DNA of 64,000 nt, taken from Octopus vulgaris. Taxonomy: Eukaryota. Numbering within the stretch: position 1 is the stretch's first letter; each line of letters starts with the position of its first letter. A program made the translations under genes and the position numbers. The stretch spans positions 55,180,001 through 55,244,000 of the forward strand of contig OX597819.1 in NCBI GenBank assembly GCA_951406725.2, read 5' to 3'. The notes below the pieces were generated by a model, which was not told the DNA's origin, did no database searches, and was given only the letters and a program-made list of their open reading frames with translations. Below are positions 1 through 14,540 of the stretch, in pieces.

Positions 1-6
1 ATACAT

Positions 7-41
<35 letters not shown>

Positions 42-54
42 TACATGCATACAT

Positions 55-89
<35 letters not shown>

Positions 90-112
90 TACACACACTC
101 ATATATATTAAA

Positions 113-270
113 GGCACAGGCGTGGCTATGTGGTAAGAAGCTTGTTGCTCAGTCACATGGTCCCGAGTTCAGTCCCACTGAGTGGCACCTTGGGCAAGTG
201 TCTTCTACTATAGCCTCGGGCCGACCAAAGCCTTGTGAGTGAATTTGGTAGACTGAAACTGAAAGCTCGT

Positions 271-271
<1 letters not shown>
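113..271 (+). mobile_element. tRNA-derived CORE-like SINE (family A), 5' part
   Basis: A/B-box-like head (tggctatgtgg; gagttcagtccc) and CORE-like ggcaccttgggcaagtgtcttc, running into (TG)n. The same sequence recurs many times in the window. Confidence 0.85.
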
Positions 272-346
<75 letters not shown>

Positions 347-2084
347 TGTGTGTGAATTTTTTATTCGTTTCAACCATGTCGCTGCGGTCATGCTGGAGCA
401 CCACTGTGTCTTTTTTTTTTTACCATTTCCATAGCTTTCTTATTTGTGTGATTTGTTCAGGGAGGTGAGATTTCATATCGGCACACCTGCATGTGCTCTT
501 ACCCTGGTTGTTGACTCATTTGCAGTATGAGGGCGTTTGACCCTGTTGCCCTCATTAATACTTCATGCTGGGACGTTGGTTCGTCAGGTATCGTGGATGG
601 GAGAATCCCCAATTACTTTTTTGAAGACATCCGCAATCTGTAGTCTTCTTAATGCTTTGAGCAGTGCATTGAATGGCTGTCTATAGGCCTTTCAACCTTC
701 AACTTTTGAAATACCTGGTCATACTGCAGACGGAATGGACGGTACCTTCGGTACAACGCAACTGGCATTTGTATAACACTTGATACCGAAATTTGGATCT
801 TTTCACTTTGACCGGCAGATTTAAAAAATCATTTTTTTGTAACTAAACACTTTTAAACTTCGTATACTGGTAGAATGTGTCACATGAAACATCTTTTTCT
901 CTTGGCGTTCTTGAGAAAATTCTGTAGTTTGTGAGCTATTTGTTGTTAAATTTCTTGTATTTCGGCAATTTCAACCAATCAATGACGTCTATTGAGGTGA
1001 CCAAACTAAGAAAGGGATGGACTCATCCAGGCCTATAACACGCCGTGCCACTGCGGTATCTCTACGATTCTGAGGGCCCAAGGTAGGAAAAATTTACAAG
1101 GAAAGTTTTGTTGTTTAGTCCTCAATTATGATTATTGTTCTGTAGCTTTTATTGAGCAAACCCATGATTAAAAGCGACCCAGGTGTGACCATTCCGAGTT
1201 TTTGTTTAGTCCCAATCTGTCATAATTGAGAAGGCCAGTCACCCAAAGTATTCCAGCTGTAACAATCCAGTCGTTTCTTTTTTTCGGCATCTTTCGTATT
1301 TCTCAGCATCTTCCGTTTTTTCAAGACGATTGGGTATGATTTCGGGGAAACTTGACTACTATTTCTAGTATGTCGACCAACCAGCTGAAGACTCCATCGT
1401 TGGCTTAACAAAGAGAGTTTAGTTTAATAAGTAAGAGCACGAACAAGCCGTGAATTGGTGGACATGAAATACTTAATCCGTAAAAGCAGTCATGGCAACA
1501 GTGAATTTAATCCATGGATAAAATGTGACTTTGTTTAGCTTTCTGCCAACAACACACGGTGAAAACACGTACAGACTTGTTGTCAAGAGGTTTACTTCGC
1601 AGCTATGTGGTTCAGAGTTCAATTCTGCAGCACGGTATATTAGGCAAATATAATCTGATGTAGACACCGAATTGACCAATATGTTGCGAGTGGAACTAAG
1701 TATTCGAAACCTTTCCATCTCCATATATAATACATACATATACATATACATATATACATATATATATACACACACACACATTCACACACACATACAACAC
1801 ATGCACACAACACACACACACACACGCACTCACACACATACAGATATATACACACAATCACATATACACATCTATATATACATATATACATACATATATA
1901 TGTGTATATGTATATATATAGGCATATATAAATAATATAAATATATATATATACATACATATATATATACATACATGCATATATACATATATACGTACAT
2001 GCATATGTACATACAAACATGCACACATACATACATACATACGTACATACATACATACATACATGCATACATACATACATACAT

Positions 2085-2174
<90 letters not shown>

Positions 2175-2529
2175 CAGTGAAAGACATCTTTTGTTAATAG
2201 GTTTACTTATCGATTTTTAGTATTAACGTATGGAGACTTGTGGATTACCATGGCGATTTTGCGAATGAAACTTGCCAAAATTTAAATATTATTATTGATT
2301 CTTTTGTTTTCTAGTGTACTGTCTACTGCGGGTTTTCAATTATATTGTTATCTGCAAATCGTTGTGTTTCTTAATTATGTGAAGAGCCAGATATCGCTTT
2401 TCAACTTTAAACAAAAATAAGAACAAAAACAAAATGGCTGCTTTATGACATTTATTTATGTCATAATAGCTTTTCCTCTTAGGTAATCCCGAAATCTCTG
2501 TCCCTCGATTCAGATATCGGTAATACACA

Positions 2530-2568
<39 letters not shown>

Positions 2569-2590
2569 CCACACACACACACACGCACAA

Positions 2591-2628
<38 letters not shown>

Positions 2629-2968
2629 ACGCACGTACATACGCTTAAGCGCGCACTTGCGCGCACACGTCGTACAAACATGTTCAACTCTTCCTTTCTC
2701 TCCCCGTGTACCCTGTCTGTGTGTGTGTATGTCTGTATATATATGCTTATATATATAACTTACACACACACACACACACACACACACAACGCACTCACTC
2801 TCACACACACGTATATTATTATTTAAAGCAGTTTGATTCGGTTCTTTGCGACTCAAAGTTTTGTCGGCTTCCTATGATATATATATATATACACACACAT
2901 ATATATACATACACAAACACACACACACATATATATAATATATTATATATGTATATATATGCACGTAA

Positions 2969-3026
<58 letters not shown>

Positions 3027-3143
3027 ATATATGTATATATATATGTATACATATATATACATGTATATATATATGTGTGTGTGTGTAAGTATATATGTAT
3101 GTATATATATGTATACATATATATATACATGTATGTATGCATG

Positions 3144-3174
<31 letters not shown>

Positions 3175-3349
3175 ACATACATATACATAAATGTTTTTTG
3201 TGTAAAGCTCTATGTAAAAATAAATTAGCATTAAACTTTAGGATTACTCAAAACTTTACAACATGCACATGTATATTACATGCTTGCACGCACACGCGCA
3301 CATACACACATACACAACACATACATACATAGAGACACACTTACACACA

Positions 3350-3399
<50 letters not shown>

Positions 3400-3744
3400 A
3401 TATATATATATATATATATATACATACATACATATTCGGAATATATTTTTAAAAGTCTGGCGAAAATGTTAACGAAGAATATCGTGTTTTCACTGTTGTT
3501 GATATAACGGCGGACAGAGCACGTCTCCCTGTCGGGACGTGTATTCAGCTAATACCAGAACAATATAAATAAAAACACAACACAAAAATGTCTCTGATAT
3601 AAACAAAATGAAGTTTTAATCTGCAGAAACACAAACAAAATAATCAGTATAATTAGAAACATTACCGAAAGTAAACAATGAACAAACTGTTCAGCCAAAA
3701 CCTGACAGTCTCTTCACGTTTCGCAACTAACGAAATTGTTGGCT

Positions 3745-4292
<548 letters not shown>

Positions 4293-5207
4293 TATGTTGG
4301 TTAATCATCCAATCTATTTATTTTGTAACGCAAATTTCGTTTCTCAATGTAGCTTGCTGAGACTCTCATTGAGAAAACACACTGGAAACGTCCTTCGTAG
4401 TGTTCTTTTACAATCTAACACGAGGCCTAAGGTTTTATGACACCTATTGTGTGCTTCCCGAGGACAGTTGTGATGTAAGCGAACAGAAATAGCTGGAATA
4501 AGAAAACGAAACTAGGCTGCACTGACAGCTTAACTTTTCTAGCGTATCGTACCTTGTATAACAGTTTTTTTTCATCACTCAATCATGAGTGTGCTGAAGG
4601 CTACGAAGTTTGCTTTCCAAATAAGTGATCCTGTGGCGCAAAGGAAATTGAAACTCTAGCCGTGAGACAAAACTCTCAGTTTTAAGTTTTAATAAAAACA
4701 ATATGAATTAAACGGTTGTCTCTCATTCGTCCGATATGAACCAATACTCATGTATACATACATGTATGCTTACATACATACACACATACATACATTCATA
4801 AGATAAAACTTGGAAAACGATGGGTGGCGTTCGATCATATAATAATATAAATAATATATAAACATATGCATATATACATACATATATGTACATACCTACA
4901 TATATATGTATATATATACATGCATATATGGGTACAAGGACATAAAAAAACTTTGAACTCAATGGGAAACGAAAACAAAAACAAAATCATAGAAAACGAA
5001 CTTTTTTTCAAACAACGAAAAAAACAAAGTACAAGACATACAACAAAAGGAATATTCCCCTTCTTCAGTTGTCCATGTTTCATCTACTCTGCGACATACA
5101 TACAGACATACATACATACATACATACATACATACATACATACATACATACATACATACATACATACATACATACATACCATATGTACATAGCCATATAT
5201 ACGAAGA

Positions 5208-5361
5208 TAGGCGTAGCTGTGCGGTAAGAAGCTTGCTTCCCAACCACATGATTCGCGGTTCAGTCCCACTGAGTGGCACCTTGGGCAAGAGTTTTCTTCT
5301 ATAGCCTCGGGCCGACCAAAGCCTTGTGAGTGGATTCAGTAGATGGAAACTGAAAGAAGCC

Positions 5362-5395
<34 letters not shown>

Positions 5396-5637
5396 TATGT
5401 GTGTGTGTGTGTCTCTCTCTCTCTCTCTCTATGTTTGATCCCCACCATTGCTTGACAACCGATGTTGTTGTGTTTACGTCCCCGTAACTTAGCGGTTCAG
5501 CATAAGAGACCAGTAAAGTACTAGGCTTACAAAGAATAAGTCCTGAGGTAGATTAGTTCGACTAAAACCCCTTAGGGTGGTGCTCCAGCTCGGCCGCAGT
5601 CAAATACCTGAAACAAGTAAAAGAAAAGAATAAGAGA
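5208..5637 (+). mobile_element. Family A SINE, near full length, with internal microsatellite
   Basis: Head, CORE-like segment, internal (TA)n/(TG)n/(CT)n, and tail ending tgaaacaagtaaaaga. Confidence 0.85.
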
Positions 5638-5665
5638 ATATATATACACATATATATGCATGTGC

Positions 5666-5715
<50 letters not shown>

Positions 5716-6689
5716 GACTAGGCTGCAAAACTGCGAATGAAAAATGGGTTTATGGAAGCAGGGGATTGAGGTCAGGAGCAAAGGAGAAAAAACCCAGCAA
5801 GAGGTTGTGCGAGTAATGTGTAAGGTGAACGATGGGGGGGAGGAAGTAAAAAAAGTGATGACGTAACGGTAGAAGGGGGAGGATGTAATTAGTTAGAGAC
5901 CAGTTGGAATGGGAATGAGATTGTGAGGGCCAAGTCGAGTGAGATGGGAGATATATCAAGAATGCAGAACGAATTGAAGAGATAAACGAAAAGGCACATG
6001 CACGCAATAACAGCGGCAATGATTTAACAGCAGCATATGATTTAATGGAAACTTGACTACTATTTCTAGCAAATCAAGCGGGCTTTCATTGTTGGCTCAC
6101 TTTGGTGACGGGTGTTGGCGGAAGCTGTTGTTTGAACCTCATATATTTCAAATGTTTATCTACGTCATCTGTCTCTGTGTGAGACATCCGCCATTGTAAC
6201 AGAAGTGTGCTTTAGCTGATCCAAACAATTATCATTTTGAACCGTTCAGAAACATTTTTCCCTCCCTGTCTGCTAATTTATCTGCATGCGTTGACACCAT
6301 GTGCATTCCATCATTCTTTCTATGCTCACTTTATGATAAAGAAATCTAAAATAACGATAGCTAGCATATATTTATTCTTAATACGTTCGAAGGTGAATGT
6401 GTTAATCGCTGTTGGATATCGTCACAGAACAGTAGCAGCTTCTTCTTAACGATGAATGTGTGTTCATAACACACTGGATTCATTAGCGCAGCGCAAGGGA
6501 CTGTGGGACATCTGGTGTCTCGACTTCCTTATGTCTCGTCAGCTAGAGGCACACCGAAAAGTTGCTAGTCGTCAAATTCGTCTTCATTATAGGAACAAAT
6601 ATCGCTAATATTTATGCTGCTGATGTTGTTTAGCGCCACATCAGCCCTGACGCATGATTAAAACGTTCAAACCGCATCCATCTTGTTTA

Positions 6690-8100
6690 TAATAATAATA
6701 ATAATTAATTCTTTTTATTGGCCACAAGGGCTGACACATGATTAGTAAACATAAAGGGACAAAACAGGACGAAAGGTTACAAAGGGTTTTGTCCGTTTTT
6801 GAAAAAAATCCGAGTAAAAACTGTTTAACAACGAAAGATTATAACAATGAAAAAAACTCCCAATAGGGGGAGGCGCTTCGAAAGGTTCCTAGTGGAAAAA
6901 ACCCCATAAAAGCCAACGGGAGCCTGGTTAAAAGTGGGTAGAGAGCCTCTTTCTCCTTTTATAAAACCTTTTTCAATCACAGGCGAAACCTGAGAATTGG
7001 TCCATTTATACTGGACATTCTCGCACAATTCACCCACCTTTCAGAAAACTTGCTATCGGACAGCACTCTCCTCTCTAACCTCATCTTCCTTTTCAAGTGA
7101 AACTTGAAAAAGTTGATGAGGCCTTGACCAAAGAGGAAAGTGTCTGACTTTAGCCCTTTTAAACAGGTCCACCATACAATCTCTTTCGCCACAGCCACTA
7201 GGCACAGGAAAACGGCCTCGCCCTCCTTATTAAAGGAGGTCGGCGGGGCAATCTTCACTATGGATTCGGCTGATAGCCGGATCCGTCCTATACGCGACAG
7301 TAGCTGTTCGACATAAACCCATAGTTCAGCAATACTCGAGCACTGGACGAGTGCGTGCAGAACGGTTTCGTCGTCCTGGCAACACTTCGGGCATGCCCGG
7401 CTGACGGCACTTCCGTGCCGGTAGAGTTTATCCCGAACAGGCAGAGCCCCTCGGTAGTACTGCCAGGCGAGCGACCTCTGGAAATTATCCATTGGCCCCG
7501 GCCCGAAAGTCCTCCCGAACAGACCGCTCAGTTCGTTATCGTCAACGCCTAGAGTTTCCCCGAGAACGTCGTCGCATTTTTCCTCCACTAACCCTCAATA
7601 GAACGCTAGAGTGGAACTAAAACCGATCGCATTGCCCGCCTGGCGGAGGGCGGAGAGAGCTTGACGGCACTCGACGTGCCAAGCGCCCTTTCTCGGTCTA
7701 CGTTTGATCCAGGTCTGCAGCTCTGTCAAAGAGACGAGCTGCGGAAAGTCGCTTCTGACAAAAGACGACCACACCTGATCACCGTCTAGGAAACGCTTGA
7801 GATGTCGCAGCCTGAGCGCATGTCTGCGCATCAGTAACCACGGCATGCCAAGGCCTCCGTTCAGCGATCGTTGACAGCAGATGGATCGCCTGACCAGTGG
7901 CACCTGACTCTTCCACAAAAAGTCGAAGAGCAGGCGTAACAGCTTGGCCAACCAGCGGTTAAGACAAGGGACGACGGTCAAGCGGTAATAGATGACGGAT
8001 GCGATGTATGCATTCGCCACCTCCGCTCGACCTTTCAGGGACAGCTTCCTCTTGGCCCATTTCTGGGTGAGACGTGCCACCCTGCTCGTCACTTCTTCCC
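6690..8100 (-). mobile_element. 5'-truncated Tx1/L1-clade LINE (RT C-terminus, Cys/His knuckle, 3' UTR)
   Basis: KWAKRKLSLKGRAEVANAYIASVIYY...FDFLWK...GGLGMP followed by CPKC...ETVLHALVQC. One in-frame stop at about 7595. AATAAA and a (TTA)n tail; flanked by (TAA)n tracts. Confidence 0.88.
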
Positions 8101-8150
<50 letters not shown>

Positions 8151-8160
8151 GTAATATTAA

Positions 8161-8201
<41 letters not shown>

Positions 8202-8202
8202 C

Positions 8203-8649
<447 letters not shown>

Positions 8650-8654
8650 TAATA

Positions 8655-8713
<59 letters not shown>

Positions 8714-9092
8714 AAATGCCCTAATGCAGTACCAGGCAGTGGCTTTCGTCGCTTCTGATCGTAACTGATTGGAAGTGTTATCATGTACATTGTTTTGTCA
8801 TAAGACCAACAAGGTCGTATTGTTGTTTTTTTTTAAATTTATTTTTGTTCTTTATTGTATCAAAAGAAACCTAACTTTGAATTACTTTTTACAGATCACT
8901 GTTTACGTACTGTTTTCTAAACATGAGAAAAATAAGTTGGGGTGCAAATTTTGATTTTTCATCCCTCAAAAACCTGTAGAAGGTACGCTTGCACTTGCTA
9001 CAATTTCTGCATCCCTTGTTCCTGGACCCATGCATACATCAGCAACAGAGTACGGACTAGTGGGTGGTAAGAAGTCGATTCTAATATATGAA

Positions 9093-9466
9093 GGCGGCGA
9101 GCTGGCAGAAACGTTAGCACGCCGGGCGAAATGCTTAACAGTATTTCGTCTGCCGTTACATTCTGAGTTCAAATTCCGCCGAGGTCGACTTTGCCTTTCA
9201 TCCTTTCGGGGTCGATTAATCGACTTAATCCGTTTTCTGTCCTTGTTTGTCCTCTCTATGTGTAGCCCCTTGTGGGCAATAAAGAAATAGAAATAGGTAT
9301 TTCGTCTGTCTTTACGTTCTGAGTTCAAATTCCGCCGAGGTCGACTTTGCCTTTCATCCTTTCGGGGGCCGATAAATTAAGTACCAGTTGCGTACTGGGG
9401 TCGATCTAAGCGACTGGCCTCCTTCCAAAAAATTTCAGACCTTGTGCCTAGAGCTGAAAAGAATAT
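9093..9466 (+). mobile_element. Two tandem copies of tRNA-derived Nin/Deu-domain-like SINE (family B) with different tails
   Basis: Head ggcggcgagctggcagaa...gagttcaaattcc, then gtcgactttgcctttcatcctttcgggg...gataaattaagtaccag, resembling the Nin/Deu domain. Many more copies lie at 21.9-45.4 kb. Confidence 0.75.
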
Positions 9467-11382
9467 TCTAATATTTGCTTTCTCGGCTTCAAAAGGAGAA
9501 GGATGTTGTTAACCCTATGTCAACGTTTTTTTATCAGGCAACTAGGTTGCACTGCCGGTAATCATCTCGGCCGAGACCAATAATTAGCGCACGACAACGG
9601 TTCGGCGTATATTTACGTCAACCGCTTTAAAGCATATACCTCTTATTTATGTAAACTGTCATCACTGCAAGGACTATAAATTCAACGAAACTGGCGACTG
9701 TAAATTTGTGAAGGACCAGAAGAATTTGCTGAACGTGTACAAATTTGATAGGAAGTCTTAGTGAAATTGGTGGTGTAACCACCAAAACTGTTTCTATACT
9801 GTTATGGTAATGAAGTCTGGAACTGAGTTGGAAATATTTACATGAAAAGTCTAACAAACCTATCAGATTCCTTGAAATTTGCAGTGGCCTCTATTATCGA
9901 TTCCGTGAGTGATAGAGGATATTTATATCAACTGATACACAAACAGATGCAAAACCGCAACAGGTAGGGCTGTGCGTATTATTTTTGTCATCTGATTCAA
10001 AGCGAGTACACAGCGCACGTGAATTGATGTCAGCCGATGTTATGGGGTTAATGGAGTATTATAGTCAAACTTGATATATCTTAATAATGCTTCTTATACT
10101 AGGCATTAGTTTCTTGGCAGCTTTTAATGTACAATCCGTAATCTCAGATAAGACGTTTAAAGAGCATTATCACAAAGTGAAAAGAATCAACCTACACAAA
10201 GATGGTAGACGAAAACGAGGCCTTCATTTCCTTTTAAATAACGAAGAGCATGTTAAAGGATTTATTTACTTTATTTATTCCGGCAATCGTTGGCTTGATT
10301 CTGTTTTCAGTAGCAGCTGTTTTGCTTATTGAGCTGGTGGCCTTGAAAAAGGCACCAGCAACAGTCATTCTATTTTATATCATGCACGCACATATAAAGA
10401 GTGAGTGAAAGAGATTGTAAAAAAAAAAATACTTGGCAATCATATTGAACATATTTCTTTTGTGCAGAGTGATTAGCAGAGAGCTCAATAAAAGTAAAAG
10501 CGACTACAGCAAAGAGAAACATAGAAATGAGATTAAGTTATACGTATATGTTTGTTGTGTGTGCGTGCTAAAATAAATACATACATCTTTTCTGTCTACC
10601 TATCTCCCTCTCGTTCTTCTTCCTTTCTGTTTTTCTCTCCCACCCTTTCCCTCTTCTTCTCCTCCTCTTCACCATTGCCTCTCCATCTTTCTCTCTCACT
10701 CTTCCTCTTTGACTCTCTTGTTGCTCACATGTGACCAACGGTCATTCTCTTTTTCTTCGACTTCCTTCCTAAAGACAAGACGTGCTTTTATCTGTCTCTT
10801 CTCAAAGCTCGTTTTTCCAAGCGTTCATCACTTCACATCGTCTTGACTTACCAGCCCTCACCGTTTGTTTTTACTGTTTTGTTCTCACGGTCCTGCTTTT
10901 GTTACCACTTTCATCCTCCGCAAAAGATCCCAAATTTTATTTAATTTGCTTTGCGGGAAGGACTGTTTTAACGAAATCGCGTTTTGTCCATACCTTCGGA
11001 ACGCGGAGTAGATAAAACATGGGACAACTGATGAAGGGAATGTTCTTTATATTGCATGTCTCGTTTCTCTGGTTGTTTGTTTTTTCGTTGTTCGAAAAAA
11101 GATCGTTTTCTGTTTTTGTCTTTTATATTCTCGTTTCTCATTCTGTCCATGTTTTATTATGTCCTGTACCCATTCATGCATGTATATATACATATATATG
11201 TAGGTATGTACATATATGTATGTATACATGCATATATTTATATATTATTTATATCATATATATAAATATATTTACCAGGTGGTGCTATTAAGTTAGACTG
11301 GCTGAAACCTATCGAAGTTATCTATCTATCTATATATATATACACATAAAAATATATTCACATGTATGTATATATACATACA

Positions 11383-11448
<66 letters not shown>

Positions 11449-11533
11449 TCAAGATTATATACCGGAGTAAGCACATAAATGTGAAACAAGGTGGAAAAAA
11501 GAGTACTCAAATACCAGAGGGTAGAGTAATATG

Positions 11534-11652
11534 CTTTATTAAAAGCAGCAGAAATATCACAAAAACTGTTACTCAGAGTTTCACGTCCGATGAACGGGAA
11601 CGTAAAACACTGAGTAACAATTTTTGTGATATTTCTGCTGCTTTTGATAAAG
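11534..11652. repeat. Long inverted repeat (53-bp arms, 13-nt loop), probably an inverted Penelope-type terminal repeat
   Basis: Arms 11534-11586 and 11600-11652 match at 49 of 53 positions by manual comparison. Confidence 0.85.
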
Positions 11653-12861
11653 TGTATATATATATAATCTTACAAACATGACAAATTCAAGTATTTCGAT
11701 TAAAAAAAAGTGACGAATAACCTTAATCAATTTTCGAGTCTGATTGGGTTTTCAGCAGAGGTGTCTACGTCCCTTGACCAGTACCAGAGAAATAAGCAGC
11801 CGGTCTGTTTGTATACATAACAAATTTGGTAGCTTCTGAAACTGGATCTACTGGTTTACATACAAAAAGTATTTAACGCTCACCTAATATATATAGAATA
11901 TTCCTAAAAAGAAAGTAAAAAAAACTCACACGATCCAGATGCCTTCCTGAATTGAAAAAATATTTCGTTGCTGCCCTCAAGGTAGAAAATGCATTTTGAC
12001 AACGTGTTCGCTCCTTATTTTAATTTTTTTCGGACTAGAGAACGGAAAACATTTACTCTCGCACATATGTACATACATAGACATCCGTACATATGTGGTA
12101 TGTGTGTGTGTGTGTGTGTGTAGAGTCGATTTTCTTCGTTATCTTTATTAACCTTCAATTAAATTCCAAACTGACGCATGAGCATCTATAAATCATTCAA
12201 TTATCCCAGCTGTAGATTTGATGCCGTTTTGTGATTAATAGATTGACAGAAACTTTTTATTTTAATTCCTGATGAGTATCTGATAAGAAACAAGAAGAGG
12301 AAACTTCATAAAACAACTAACCTAATATGTTCATACATTGATAACGTGTAGGTTGGAGTTATTTAAGATGTTTGTGAAGTATATATCTAAGAAAATATTC
12401 TTTTTATTAATGCTATTCTTTTGTTTTCAACTGAAATGTGTTTATATTTTAAGCTCCGTTGTTGTGTTTGTGTTAAGTTGAAGTTTTAAATTTGCTGTTC
12501 CAATATTTTTCGTGGCAGTTTGCCGGAGGTTATTCATTAATATTTTCCACTTTAATTTATTTTCGTTTGGGTCCTAGGCAAGAACATAAGGACAAAGTAA
12601 ACAATGAACGCAGAAGCTTGGGTTCTCTATTATAATTACATCTTAATTGAAATCATCAAAAGTAATTATTAAAGGCAATATAGAATTTCTTGTTTACCAG
12701 CATTTAAATAGTAAACGGGGTCAGAAGGAAATAGTGCGATTTGATTCGTAAGGAATAAAGAATATAATACAGAACAAAGACATCTCGAGTTCAATATCTC
12801 ACCTTGACAAGAACAAGGGCAGCAGCAGTGTCTGTCACCTGTTGCTTTTTCTTTCTCTCTC

Positions 12862-13240
12862 TTTTTACTCTTTTTACTTGTTTCAGTCATTTGACTGCGG
12901 CCATACTGGAGCACCGCCTGTTTAGTCGAGCAAATCGACCCAAGGACTTATTCTTTGTAAGCCTAGTACTTATTCTATCGGTCTCTTTTGCCGAACCGCT
13001 AAGTTACAGGGACGTAAACACACCGCCATCGGTTGTCAAGCGATGTTGGAAAGACAAACACAGACATACAAACATATACACACATACATATACATATATG
13101 TATATATACGACGGGCTTCTTTCAGTTTCCGTCTACCAAATCCACTCACCGAGGCTATAGTAGAAGACACTTGCCCAAGGTGCCACGCAGTGGGACTGAA
13201 GCCGGAACCATGTGGTTGGTAAGCAAGCTACTTACCACTT
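12862..13240 (-). mobile_element. Family A SINE
   Basis: Reverse complement of the same head, CORE-like segment and tail. Confidence 0.85.
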
Positions 13241-13413
13241 CTTGTGTTACTTTTTTCGTGAAATAATTAATATCATCGACTTATCATAATAAATAAGTGG
13301 TTCCTTGTACTATAATTTTGCTGTATTTTATTTCATCATATTTTGGTAAGAGGAAGGCGGTGCTGAAAACCCTTTACAGGTCCTCTAAGACTGACTGGTA
13401 AGTAGAACGGGAG

Positions 13414-13461
13414 ACCAGCCCAATGCATACGGTATATATATACCGTTTGCATTGGGCTGGT
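13414..13461. repeat. 48-bp near-perfect palindrome
   Basis: accagcccaatgcatacggtatat|atataccgtttgcattgggctggt; 23 of 24 positions pair. Confidence 0.9.
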
Positions 13462-13469
13462 GACAGTCG

Positions 13470-13656
13470 CCATAATAGATCGTTAGCCACTACACACATT
13501 TTTTTCTCTCCTTGTTTTTTCTGATTCCTTTTCTGTAGAAGAGTGTAGGCTCGAAATGTAAAAGACTTTTTCTATTCTTGAGCGTTTATACTAATACATC
13601 TGTTTGTTTTGTACACCACCTGTCTTCGTCTTTTGTTTTTTTTTGTAAACTCTCCC

Positions 13657-13660
<4 letters not shown>
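13470..13660 (+). mobile_element. Dispersed repeat with variant hammerhead-like motif (second copy about 49560-49750)
   Basis: The two copies align. Both contain CTGTRGAA-GAGY-RTAG-GCTC-RAAAT-GTW-AAAGA. Confidence 0.6.
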
Positions 13661-13692
<32 letters not shown>

Positions 13693-13713
13693 TGTATGTA
13701 TGTATGCACGTAC

Positions 13714-13756
<43 letters not shown>

Positions 13757-13872
13757 ACACACACGTACACACACACATACACACATACACACACACCAAA
13801 CACAAGCACACACCCAAATACAGACCCAAACACGCACGCACACACAAGCACGCACCCAAACACACAAACACG

Positions 13873-13927
<55 letters not shown>

Positions 13928-14161
13928 CAAAGTCATTATCAACATTTTTCCTTGTATATGTTTAATGAACATGTATTCTACTTAAAAGTATTGAGCAATA
14001 ACAGTTCAGTTTAATGTTAAATTGTGTTGTTTATATAAATTTGACATAAAAAATAGCATTAATGCATTATACATATGTACATATGTGTGTATTTGTGTGT
14101 GTGTGTATACATATACATACATATAATGATAGATAGACAGACAGACAGACAATCAGATACC

Positions 14162-14223
<62 letters not shown>

Positions 14224-14465
14224 CTCTTTTATTTGTTTCAGTCATTTGACTGTGGCCATGCTGGAGCACTGCCTTTAGTCGAGCAAATCGACCCCAGGAC
14301 TTATTCTTTGTAAGCCAAGTACTTATTCTATCGGTCTCTTTTGCCGAAATGCTAAGTTACGGGGACGTAAACACACCACCATCGGTTGTCAAGTGATGTT
14401 CGAGGGACAAACACAGACACACAAACATATACATACACGTACATGTATCTATTATATAAAATCCG

Positions 14466-14540
<75 letters not shown>

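Noticed and set aside
480-620. Hairpin atgagggc/gccctcat with nearby CTGACGA as a possible HDV-like or hammerhead ribozyme
   Set aside because: I could not assemble P1/P3/P1.1 or a complete hammerhead junction.
1473-3507. Many ORFs rich in HT/YI/CV dipeptides, also at 13.6, 15.2, 41.1 and 58.2 kb
   Set aside because: They are translations of stop-free (CA)n/(TA)n/(TACA)n microsatellites, not proteins.
12268-12296. CTGATGA-gtatctgataa-GAAAC
   Set aside because: No credible stem II loop, cleavage triplet or stem I; likely chance.
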